From Promethearchaeota archaeon (lineage in GTDB: Archaea; Asgardarchaeota; Lokiarchaeia; Sigyniarchaeales; SOKP01): a stretch of 64,000 nt of DNA. The position numbers and the translations under genes are program-made. Position 1 is the stretch's first letter, and each line of letters opens with the position of its first letter. The notes under the pieces were generated by a model. It was given only the letters and a program-made list of their open reading frames with translations. It was not told the DNA's origin and did not search any database. The stretch lies in contig JAHPZJ010000013.1 of assembly GCA_019058245.1 (NCBI GenBank), positions 9,166-73,165 of the forward strand, written 5' to 3'. This document shows, piece after piece, positions 29,516-39,019 of the stretch.

Positions 29516-31011
29516 ATGGTTCAAATTTCAAAAAATCAAAATTTTAATGGAATTTCTTCCAAAAATTTAATGGATGCCACCTATAAGGCAATTGAAAACT
29601 TCCAAATTCGAGCTTTTTTTGAAGCAAAAGATGAAATTCTAAAAGCAGGTAAGATCAACGAAACTGAATTTTATGATATTCTTGATGCAATGATTGATAG
29701 TGAAACAGAGCGTAGATTAGTATGTGAAAGATTGCTTGGTGAAAAGCCATTATTTCTGGAAGAAATTACAAGAGTGGTACAAGATTTTCCACCAGAAAAT
29801 GTAATTCGCGATATTATTTATCTGAAAGAACAAGGTTATATTGAGGAAATTGTTGAAACAAAGACTAAAAAAGTTATTAAAAAAATAAAGGGAGAAGAAA
29901 AAGAAGTTGAAGAAACAGAATTTTTTTACAGATATCACGTTAGAGCCATACCTGATGATTTTATTGAATATTTTCTTGAACCTGTTTCAGTTGTATTTGA
30001 TTCCAAAGTATGCTGTCAATGCGGTTGGTGTTCTTCAATTTGTCCTGTAAATGCTATTACAGTGACAGCAGATACTTTAGAAATCGATGATGAAATTTGT
30101 ATGAAATGTGGATTATGCTATTCAGTGTGCCCAAGATCATTTTCTATTGAACAAGCAGGCAAAAATATAAAGAAACTTGATAAATCTTTGAATTTTTCTG
30201 AAAAAATTAATGGTTATGTTAATACTTATTCAGCCACTACTACTAAGGATGAAATTAAAAAAGTACGACAAGATGGAGGGATTGTCACTTCTATACTTGA
30301 ATATTTACTTAAAAAAAAAAAGTTGATGCTATTATAGCAGTGAAACATTCAGAAGAACTATGGAAACCAGAACCTGTTATAATAGAAGATCTAAAAGATT
30401 TATATAAAACAAGTGGTACTAAATATGCCAATGCCTCAACTTTGAAGATTATAGATAAAACAAAAAAATATGAAAATGTTGCAGTCGTAGGGGTTCCTTG
30501 TATGATGAACGCTTTAGAGAAGGGTACTTGGTTTCCAAGTGGACAGATTCCTTTCAAAAATATAAAATATAGAATAGGCCTTTTTTGTATGGAGTCTTTT
30601 CCTTATCAAGGTGTCCTCAACTTAATTAGTGAACAATTTAAAACAGATTTTAAAAAAGTTACAAAAATGGACATAAGTGGTGGTAAATTCATTATTTACT
30701 TAGATTCGGGCGAAGATTTAAAGGTACCCTTGAATGATGTCAAATCTTATGCACGTCATAACTGTCATTATTGCGAGGATTTAACTGCTGATTATGCAGA
30801 TATCTCTATAGGATCAATTGGGTCACCCAGTGGCTGGTCTACAGTGATTACGAGAAATAAAAAAGGTGAGAAAATCTATCAAGAAGCAATAATGGCAGGA
30901 TTAATAGAATCTAAAAGTTTAAAGGATGTTAAACCTGGGCAACCCTTATTGGAAAGGATTGCTGGTATCAAAAGAAAAAATTGTAAACCTATCAACTTGA
31001 AAAAGGAGTAA
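29516..31011 (+). CDS. FrhB-like F420-binding oxidoreductase with N-terminal extension and 2x[4Fe-4S]; split by a -1 frameshift in an A11 run (30311-30321)
   Basis: QDGGIVTSILEYLL in the first frame continues as VDAIIAVKH...VGVPC...IGLFCM in the -1 frame. Confidence 0.85.
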
Positions 31012-31027
31012 AATAGAAATTATTGAT

Positions 31028-32140
31028 ATGAGTATAAAAACTTTTCAAGATTTAATTAAAGAAGTTCATGAAAAAGGGATTTGTCAAGAATGTGGAGGAT
31101 GTACTTCCTTCTGTTCAGCAGCATTTGAAAATGTAATAGGATTTAAAAAACCTAATTCTCCTCCAGAGTATATAAATAAGGATGCATGCCTTGAGTGTGG
31201 TATATGCTATTATTTATGTCCCCAGACAAATATTTTAGATGATGAACTTAATAAGACTTACCATTTCACTGATTATTCATCAATGCCATATGGATTTGCT
31301 GAAGATGTCTATTCTTGTCAGACTACAGATGAGGAATTTCTAAAGTACGGGACAGATGGAGGAGTAGTTAATACACTTTTAAATTACTTACTAGAAAAAA
31401 GAATAATTGATGGGGCAATTGTGTCTAAAGCAGAGGGTCCTTTTTCAAGAAAATCAATGTTTGCTGAGACTAGAAACGATCTAATTAAATCTTCAGGAAT
31501 TATATTAAATATATCTCCACACGTTGATGAAGTACAAAGATTTAGTACATATACACGTTCAATTCCTCAATTAAGTCATTATAAATTTAAAAAGCTAGCA
31601 ATTGTGGGGACACCTTGCCAAATTTATACTATTAGATGTATGCAAAATTTGGGTGTTACTCCTTCAGAACATATTGAAATTTGTTTAGGCTTATTCTGTT
31701 ATCATAATTTTTTATTTGAAAAATCTCAAATTGAGAAATTTGAAAAAGAGTTTAAAATAAAATTTAAGGATATAAAAAAAATTAATATTAAAGAAGATTT
31801 AATTCTAAAGATTCAAGGTAGCAACTCAAAAGAAAAGATTATCCACATTCCTTTTAATAAATTAATCAATTATATCCGTCCTGCATGTAAATCTTGTACT
31901 GATTTTACTAATATTTATTCGGATATTTCTTTTGGAGGACTAGGATCACCAGACAAATATACTACTGTAATTCCACGAACCGAAAAAGGTATTGAATTAT
32001 TCCAGAATGCATTAGATAAAAATGTAATTAAAAATTTAAGACTTGATAAAAATTCAAAAGAAACTATGCAGAATCTAATCTCTAAGTTTTCAGAATTAAA
32101 AATAGAACGTAGAAAAGAATTTATGAAGAACCTAAAATAA
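31028..32140 (+). CDS. FrhB/FdhB-like F420-binding subunit
   Basis: CQECGGCTSFC, CLECGICYYLC, TDGGVV, VGTPC, LGLFC, CKSCTD. Confidence 0.88.
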   Translation: MSIKTFQDLIKEVHEKGICQECGGCTSFCSAAFENVIGFKKPNSPPEYINKDACLECGICYYLCPQTNILDDELNKTYHFTDYSSMPYGFAEDVYSCQTTDEEFLKYGTDGGVVNTLLNYLLEKRIIDGAIVSKAEGPFSRKSMFAETRNDLIKSSGIILNISPHVDEVQRFSTYTRSIPQLSHYKFKKLAIVGTPCQIYTIRCMQNLGVTPSEHIEICLGLFCYHNFLFEKSQIEKFEKEFKIKFKDIKKINIKEDLILKIQGSNSKEKIIHIPFNKLINYIRPACKSCTDFTNIYSDISFGGLGSPDKYTTVIPRTEKGIELFQNALDKNVIKNLRLDKNSKETMQNLISKFSELKIERRKEFMKNLK

Positions 32141-32144
32141 GGAA

Positions 32145-33422
32145 GTGAATCCTATAACAGAGATAAAAGAATCTAAAGATATAAAACAAAAAGAAAATGA
32201 AAGAGATTTATATTTAAGAAAAATATTTGATCCAGATTTAACAAATTTATTAAAGAAATGCTATCAATGTGCCCGTTGTTCAGGTGTATGCCAAATTAGT
32301 AAAGTACAAAAATTTACACCTAGTAGAATTATTCAAATGATATTAGAAGGCTTTGAAGATGAGATAATTAATAGTCGAGTCTTATGGGATTGTTTAATGT
32401 GCAATAGTTGTCTGCAACATTGTCCTAAAGATATTAATTTTGCTGACATTGTCAGAATTGCGAGATATAAGATGAAACTAAAAGATATTCAAAATCCTAA
32501 TCGCTCTATTGCTCATAAAGGTATCTATTCTTTAATGTCTGAAATGATGGCTCAAGAGAATTTAACAGTTGAGAGACCTCTAGATTGGATTCCAAATGGA
32601 TGTAATACTTCAGATAAAGGAAATATATTATATTATGTAGGATGCCTCCCTTTTTTTAATTATGAATTTCAAGATTCTCTATCAATAGCAAAAAGCACTC
32701 TGAAGATTATTTGTCAATTGGAAAAAGAGCCTATAGTAGTTCTTAAAGATGAGGTATGTTGTGGACATGATTTATATTGGGGTCAAGCAAAATTCGAAAG
32801 TTTTATTGAATTAGCTAAGAAAAATGTAAACCGATTTGAAAATGCAGGAATCACAAAAATTATTACTGCCTGTGCTGAATGTTATAGAACCTTTAAAATT
32901 GATTATCCAAAGCTATTTGAGGATTTCGATGTGAAATTTGAAGTTAACCATATTATTGAGTATATCTATGATAAATGGAAGCAAGGTAGAGTTCAATTTG
33001 ATAATCCAAATGAATCTAATGATATTATTCCCTTTACTTATCATGATCCTTGTAGATTAAGTAGATTCTTACCTAAACATAATAAAATAAATGAGAAAGT
33101 CCGAGAAATTTTTAGATATTTGAAGAAAATAGGATTTAATTTTAAAGAAATGGAGCATAATAAGGAAAATTCTTATTGTTGTGGAGTTAATTCTTGGATG
33201 AATTGTAATGAAAAATCTAAAGCTTTACGGTATAAACGTCTTTTAGAAGCTAAAGCTGTTGGAACAAAAATGATTACTTCATGTCCAAAATGTCGAATGC
33301 ACTTGACATGTCTAAGAAATGATTATGATGATTTTTCTTCTATTGATATTTTGGACTTTTCGGAGTTTTTGGTTGATATTATAAAAGTAATAGAACCTAA
33401 TCAAAGTATTGAGGAGAAATAA
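32145..33422 (+). CDS. HdrD/GlpC-like Fe-S oxidoreductase (2x[4Fe-4S] plus two CCG domains)
   Basis: CYQCARCSGVC, CLMCNSCLQHC, two CCG motifs, YHDPC, SCPKC. Confidence 0.88.
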   Translation: MNPITEIKESKDIKQKENERDLYLRKIFDPDLTNLLKKCYQCARCSGVCQISKVQKFTPSRIIQMILEGFEDEIINSRVLWDCLMCNSCLQHCPKDINFADIVRIARYKMKLKDIQNPNRSIAHKGIYSLMSEMMAQENLTVERPLDWIPNGCNTSDKGNILYYVGCLPFFNYEFQDSLSIAKSTLKIICQLEKEPIVVLKDEVCCGHDLYWGQAKFESFIELAKKNVNRFENAGITKIITACAECYRTFKIDYPKLFEDFDVKFEVNHIIEYIYDKWKQGRVQFDNPNESNDIIPFTYHDPCRLSRFLPKHNKINEKVREIFRYLKKIGFNFKEMEHNKENSYCCGVNSWMNCNEKSKALRYKRLLEAKAVGTKMITSCPKCRMHLTCLRNDYDDFSSIDILDFSEFLVDIIKVIEPNQSIEEK

Positions 33423-36400
33423 TGGCGAAAGTCGGAGCTGTCCTTGTTATTGGTGGAGGAATTGCTGGCATTCAGGCTTCAATAGACCTAGCGGATTCAG
33501 GCTATAAAGTATACCTTGCTGAATCTACAACCAGTATTGGGGGAGTTATGTCTCAATTAGATAAAACTTTTCCAACTAATGACTGTGCAATATGTATTCT
33601 TGCCCCTAAATTAGTACAAACTGGGCGACATGAAAATATCGAAATTCTAATCAATTCATCAATTGAAAAAATCGAAGGTGCTCCAGGTCATTTTAAAGTA
33701 GATTTAACTCAAAGAACACTTCGTTTGGACCAAGAAAAATGTACAGGGTGCGGTTTATGTGCTCAACAATGTCCCATAGAAGCTATTGATCTCTTTAATG
33801 AGAAACTTTCTAATATTGCAGCAATTTCTGTAAAATTTCCTCAAGCAGTTCCGCTAGTTTTCTCAATTAATAAAGATAAATGTATAGGATGTGGTATTTG
33901 CAAAGGAATATGTAAAGCAAAAGCGATAGATTATGATCTTCAAGATAAATTAATAACTCTAGATGTGGGAGCTGTAGTACTCGCAATTGGATTTGACGAA
34001 TATGATCCTACTCCTTTGACTGAATTAGGTTACGGTAAACATTTAAATGTGATTACTAGTATTGAATTTGAACGTATCCTAAGTGCCAGTGGGCCACATT
34101 CCGGTTTAATACTTCGCCCTTCTGATGGAACTATCCCTAAAAAAATTGCCTTTCTACATTGTGTTGGCTCAAGAGATAGAAAACATAGAAAAGATTATTG
34201 TTCTTCTGTATGTTGTATGTATACTACCAAAGAAGCAGTAATAGCAAAAGAACATATGAATATTATTGAACCAACAATTTTTACGATGGATATCAGAGCA
34301 TACGGTAAAGATTTTGACAAATATATTGACCGAGCAAAGGATGAGTATGGTGTAAGATATATTAGACGTAGAATTTCTTCCATTAAAGAGATTCCTGACT
34401 CTAAAGATTTAATAGTTTGTTATGAAACAAAAAACGGTAAAATAATTAAAGAAATTTTTAATTTAGTCGTGCTCTCTGTAGGGATGGAACCTAATCAAAA
34501 AGCAAATGAATTAGCACAAAAATTAGATATACAGTTAAATGAATATGGATTTTGTAAAACTTGTACTTTTAGCCCAGTAGAAACGTCAAGATCGGGAATT
34601 TATGTGTGCGGATCTTTCGCAACTCCTAAAGATATTCCAGAAACTGTGATTGAAGCTAGTGCTGCTGCTGGGTGCGTCAATATTCTTTTATCAGAAGCAA
34701 GAAATAAATTGGTTACTAAAAAAGAACTACCAGAAGAGTTAGATGTAAGTGATCAACCACCACGTATAGGTGTATTTATATGTCATTGTGGTATAAATAT
34801 TGGTGGGGTTGTCGATGTTCCTAATGTAGTTGAATATGTTAAAACCTTACCCAATGTTGTCTATGCTGAACATAATTTATATACATGTTCAGCAGATACC
34901 CAAACCAATATCAAAGAAAAAATTAAAAAAAATAATCTTAATAGAGTCATCGTTGCATCATGCACTCCAAGAACACATGAACCGTTATTTCAAGCAACAA
35001 TCCGGGAGGTTGGTTTAAATAAGTATCTTTTTGAAATGGTTAATATTCGAGATCAATGTTCATGGGTCCATATGCATGAACCTGAAAAAGCAACAGCAAA
35101 ATCAAAAGACCTATTACGTATGTCAGTAGCAAAGGCTAGTCAATTAATCCCATTACAAGAACAGGAAATCTCTGTAATAAATAAAGGTTTAGTAATTGGA
35201 GGAGGTGTTTCAGGAATGACAGCAGCATTAAATCTCGCCTCTCAAGGTTATGAAATCTTTTTAGTTGAAAAGGAAGATTCTTTGGGGGGAATTGCTAAAA
35301 ATATATATAGAACCCTTGAAAATGATGACGTTCAAGAATATCTTAAAATCCTAATCAAAAATATAGAAAGTAATCAACTTATTCATGTATTTAAGAATGC
35401 TCAAATTAATGGAATTTCAGGATATATTGGTAATTTTTCTACAAACATAAGCTATGGAAATAATGGTAAAATTATCGATCTTGAACATGGAATAATAATT
35501 GTGGCAACTGGAGCAAAAGAATATCAACCTAAGGAATATCATTTCGGAAAAGATCAAAGAATTATAACCCAAACTCAATTTGAAAAAGATCTTTTTACTT
35601 CAGATAAAATAAAAGGATTGAAATCAATAGTTATGATTCAATGCGTTGGATCTAGAAATGATGATTTCCCATATTGTAGTCGAGTTTGCTGTTCAGAAGC
35701 TATAAAGAACGCTTTAAAAGCGAAAGAAATTAATCCTAACATAGAAATTATCATTCTATATCGCGATATCAGAACATATGGTTTTAAAGAAAAATATTAT
35801 AACTTTGCTCGAGATAAAAAGGTTATTTTCATTAGATATGAGGAAGTTGAACCTCCAGAATTAAAAATTAAAAATAAAGAATTAAAAATTATAGTAACTA
35901 ATCCAGATTTGGGAAAGCTTGAAATAAATCCGGATTTAATTGTATTAAGTACAGGTCTCGTAGCACCTATAAAAGAAAATGAAGAATTAGCAAAAATGTT
36001 AAAAGTTCCACTTAATGAGGATAAATTTTTTTTGGAAGCTCATGTTAAATTGAGACCAATTGATTTTGCAACAGATGGTATATACTTATGTGGATGTGCA
36101 CATTCACCAAAAGATATCCGAGAATCAATTGCACAATCCAATGGAGCTGCTGCTCAGGCAGTCAAAATTCTAAGTTCTGAAAAGCTTGTAACATCTGGGC
36201 TTGTAGCTGTCGTGATAGAAGAAAATTGTATTGGTTGTGGAAGTTGTGTTGAAGTCTGTCAATTTAATGCGATAGAATTAATAGAGAAAGAAAGAGCGTT
36301 CGAAGATTTTACAATGCCTATAATGAAATCTTATGTTAATCCTGCGCTTTGTAAGGGATGTGGTACTTGTGGTGCTCAATGTCCTAATTCGACAATAGTA

Positions 36401-36463
36401 ATAAAACATTTTGGTTTTGAGCAAATTCATGCTATGATTTCTGCACTTTTAATTCAAAGTTAA
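33422..36463 (+). CDS. hdrA: Large HdrA-like flavoprotein with two FAD modules (Cys type)
   Basis: Two GGGxxG motifs, LDKTFPTNDC, RIGVFICHCG, ASCTPRTHE, ferredoxin motifs. Confidence 0.88.
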   Translation: MAKVGAVLVIGGGIAGIQASIDLADSGYKVYLAESTTSIGGVMSQLDKTFPTNDCAICILAPKLVQTGRHENIEILINSSIEKIEGAPGHFKVDLTQRTLRLDQEKCTGCGLCAQQCPIEAIDLFNEKLSNIAAISVKFPQAVPLVFSINKDKCIGCGICKGICKAKAIDYDLQDKLITLDVGAVVLAIGFDEYDPTPLTELGYGKHLNVITSIEFERILSASGPHSGLILRPSDGTIPKKIAFLHCVGSRDRKHRKDYCSSVCCMYTTKEAVIAKEHMNIIEPTIFTMDIRAYGKDFDKYIDRAKDEYGVRYIRRRISSIKEIPDSKDLIVCYETKNGKIIKEIFNLVVLSVGMEPNQKANELAQKLDIQLNEYGFCKTCTFSPVETSRSGIYVCGSFATPKDIPETVIEASAAAGCVNILLSEARNKLVTKKELPEELDVSDQPPRIGVFICHCGINIGGVVDVPNVVEYVKTLPNVVYAEHNLYTCSADTQTNIKEKIKKNNLNRVIVASCTPRTHEPLFQATIREVGLNKYLFEMVNIRDQCSWVHMHEPEKATAKSKDLLRMSVAKASQLIPLQEQEISVINKGLVIGGGVSGMTAALNLASQGYEIFLVEKEDSLGGIAKNIYRTLENDDVQEYLKILIKNIESNQLIHVFKNAQINGISGYIGNFSTNISYGNNGKIIDLEHGIIIVATGAKEYQPKEYHFGKDQRIITQTQFEKDLFTSDKIKGLKSIVMIQCVGSRNDDFPYCSRVCCSEAIKNALKAKEINPNIEIIILYRDIRTYGFKEKYYNFARDKKVIFIRYEEVEPPELKIKNKELKIIVTNPDLGKLEINPDLIVLSTGLVAPIKENEELAKMLKVPLNEDKFFLEAHVKLRPIDFATDGIYLCGCAHSPKDIRESIAQSNGAAAQAVKILSSEKLVTSGLVAVVIEENCIGCGSCVEVCQFNAIELIEKERAFEDFTMPIMKSYVNPALCKGCGTCGAQCPNSTIVIKHFGFEQIHAMISALLIQS

Positions 36464-36481
36464 ATTATATGGTGTTAATAT

Positions 36482-36913
36482 ATGTCTAAGTCAAAAAAAA
36501 AAGTAGATAAAAAGAATTTTCATCCTAATATTTTATGTTTTTGTTGTAACTGGTGCAGCTATGCCGGAGCTGATTTAGCTGGTGTATCTCGTTTTCAATA
36601 TCCTTCCACAATTAGAATTTTAAGGGTAATGTGCTCAGGTAGAGTAGATCCTGCTTTCATTTTGGAAGCTTTTAAAGATGGCATTGATGGAGTCATTGTA
36701 ACAGGATGTCACATAGGAGATTGTCATTATTTGAAAGGAAATGAATTTGCGAGGGATAGATTTGAACGCTTTAAAGAGGTGCTAAAAATATTTAATCTTG
36801 ATAAAAGATTTAAACTTGAATGGGTAAGTGCTTCTGAAGGGAAACGATTCGCTGAAGTTATAACAGAATTTACTAATAAAATAAAGAATTTAGGACCATT
36901 GCAAGCTTTATAA
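36482..36913 (+). CDS. mvhD: MvhD [2Fe-2S] subunit (Cys type)
   Basis: [37 protein letters not shown]. Confidence 0.95.
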   Translation: MSKSKKKVDKKNFHPNILCFCCNWCSYAGADLAGVSRFQYPSTIRILRVMCSGRVDPAFILEAFKDGIDGVIVTGCHIGDCHYLKGNEFARDRFERFKEVLKIFNLDKRFKLEWVSASEGKRFAEVITEFTNKIKNLGPLQAL

Positions 36914-37049
36914 AATTATTTAATTTTATTCATTTTTATTTATATGTATGGAAAGATAAATTCAGTGTCTAATTTCAATGAAAATTTAATGAATAATAAC
37001 GAATTTGTTCAGTAGATTTTACAGTGTCTTGAAAATTCTTTTTTTTATA

Positions 37050-37601
37050 TTAATAATATTCTGGTATCGGCCGAAGTAGGGTTATTGGAACAATAATACT
37101 AAAAATCAATCCTATTGTATTTATAATAATTCCAAAGATTCCGATTATACTTCCAGCTTTTTCCATATCATTATAAGGCTCGAGTTTTACTGCTTTTGAG
37201 TCACTCATTCTAGAATAAATACCCAAGATTAATCCTCCCGCACGCAAAAATAAAATAACAAAAAATGCAACTAAACGCAATCTAAGATTATAATAAGAAT
37301 CAATATACATATACATGTAAGGAAAACCAAAATTAATACCCATATAAAATGTTGCTATTCCTATACTAATAGAAACTAAGGCGAACCAAAAACTCATATA
37401 AGAATATTTTCCCGGAACCCCCTTTTGTAAAGTAGTTTGTGGTTTAACAGGAACATAATATATTTGAGGTGATGGTTCATTTCGAAATCTCTCACTTTTG
37501 GACTCAGACGTTTTAGAAGCAGTTACAATTTCAGCTCCACAATTATGACAGAATTTTTGATTTGGCGCAATTAAATCTTTACCACATTCAGGACAAAACA
37601 T
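37050..37601 (-). CDS. Zinc-ribbon 3-TM membrane protein (tandem copy)
   Basis: MFCPECG...FCHNCG plus TM helices. Confidence 0.8.
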   Translation of the reverse strand: MFCPECGKDLIAPNQKFCHNCGAEIVTASKTSESKSERFRNEPSPQIYYVPVKPQTTLQKGVPGKYSYMSFWFALVSISIGIATFYMGINFGFPYMYMYIDSYYNLRLRLVAFFVILFLRAGGLILGIYSRMSDSKAVKLEPYNDMEKAGSIIGIFGIIINTIGLIFSIIVPITLLRPIPEYY

Positions 37602-37855
37602 AAAATGTTACCTAATTTAATCTACTATTTTATAATTCACTATGGATTACTTAATAATATTTCTTAGCATACCTTTTAAACTTTCTCCATTATTGATAGA
37701 CTATTTGGAAAATCTCACTAGTTTTAAATTGATATCATTAAAGCATTTTATGCTGATTGAAAAAGATAATTTCTAATCTGATTTTTTTACAATTTCCTTT
37801 AAAAAAAAATAAATTTGTTCATTAGAATTCAACAAAAAATTAATTTTACTACCCT

Positions 37856-38383
37856 TTAATAATAATATTCTGATAATGGTAGATGTAGGGAGATTAGAAC
37901 AATAGTTGAAATAACAATTCCAATTGCATTTATAACAATGGCAATGACACTAGAAACACTTCCAGATTTTTCAAGATCATTATGAGGCTCGAGTTTTAAA
38001 GCTTTAAAGCTACTAATTTTAGAATAAATACCTAAGATTAATCCTACCACACGTAATAACAAGATAATAGAATTTAAAACTATAGACCCTCTAATATTAT
38101 AATATACATTAAAAAAGTATCTAAAAAAATACGTTCCTACTCCTATTACGAAAGAAACAAATGCAAACCAAAAGCATATATAAGAATATTTCCCAGGGGG
38201 ACCCTTTTGTAAAGTAGTTTGTGGTTTAACAGGAACATAACATATTTGAGGTGATGGTTCATTTTGAAATCTCTCACTTTTGGACTCAGATATTTTAGAA
38301 GCAGCTATAACTTCAGTTCCACAATTATGACAGAATTTTTGATTTGGCGCAATTAAATCTATACCACATTCAGGACAAAACAT
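37856..38383 (-). CDS. Zinc-ribbon 3-TM membrane protein (tandem copy)
   Basis: Near-identical N-terminus to 37050-37601. Confidence 0.8.
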   Translation of the reverse strand: MFCPECGIDLIAPNQKFCHNCGTEVIAASKISESKSERFQNEPSPQICYVPVKPQTTLQKGPPGKYSYICFWFAFVSFVIGVGTYFFRYFFNVYYNIRGSIVLNSIILLLRVVGLILGIYSKISSFKALKLEPHNDLEKSGSVSSVIAIVINAIGIVISTIVLISLHLPLSEYYY

Positions 38384-39019
38384 AAAATGTTACCTAATTT
38401 AATCTACTATTTTATAATTCACTATGGATTTGTTAATAATATTTCTTGGCATACCTTTTAAACTTTCTCCATTATTGATAAACCATTTGGAAAATAACAC
38501 TAGTTTGATTTGAAATAATAAGAAATGATTTTATAAGAAAAAATAATGATAAAAATATTTTTTTTTGGATGTATAGTTTTTTCATTATCTATAAAAATTA
38601 CTTTTTTCTTGATCAATTTCATAATTCTTAAAGGAATTTCTGTAGGGAATGGATCATGGAATCTTGTCTTATTATCATAAAGAGTCAAAATGAAGGTAAT
38701 CAGCAATATAGGAAAGAAAAAACGCCGATATCAGGCATAATCAGAGAGAAACTTATCGATCATGATCTCGAAGTAAGGAAATTTTGACCTAAACAGACAA
38801 AATGTTCGTAAAGGTACAGAAATGGAGGATGATCTGATTGAATAGGAATAGTCTGACTCGAAAAAAGCTTGGGATTGATCATCTTCAAAGCAAAAAGTGT
38901 AGGATTCTGATCATTTTTTATAAAAATATTTATATAATTACATTTCTTTTATTCTTATTCAACGAAAGAAAAATGTGGAAAACTAACATTTATCAAAAAA
39001 AAATAAAAAGTGTTAAATA

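Larger units (their letters stand above)
37050..38506. repeat. Tandem duplication of gene plus about 120 bp of upstream DNA (offset 782 nt)
   Basis: About 37385-37724 is nearly identical to about 38167-38506, including the non-coding promoter region. Confidence 0.9.

Noticed and set aside
29340-29531. 63-aa minus-strand ORF
   Set aside because: Antisense to the mvhD end and the SECIS, with no recognisable protein features.
38826-38856. Possible C/D-box sRNA (GATGA...CTGA...CTGA)
   Set aside because: No proper RUGAUGA box C, and the box spacing is too short.
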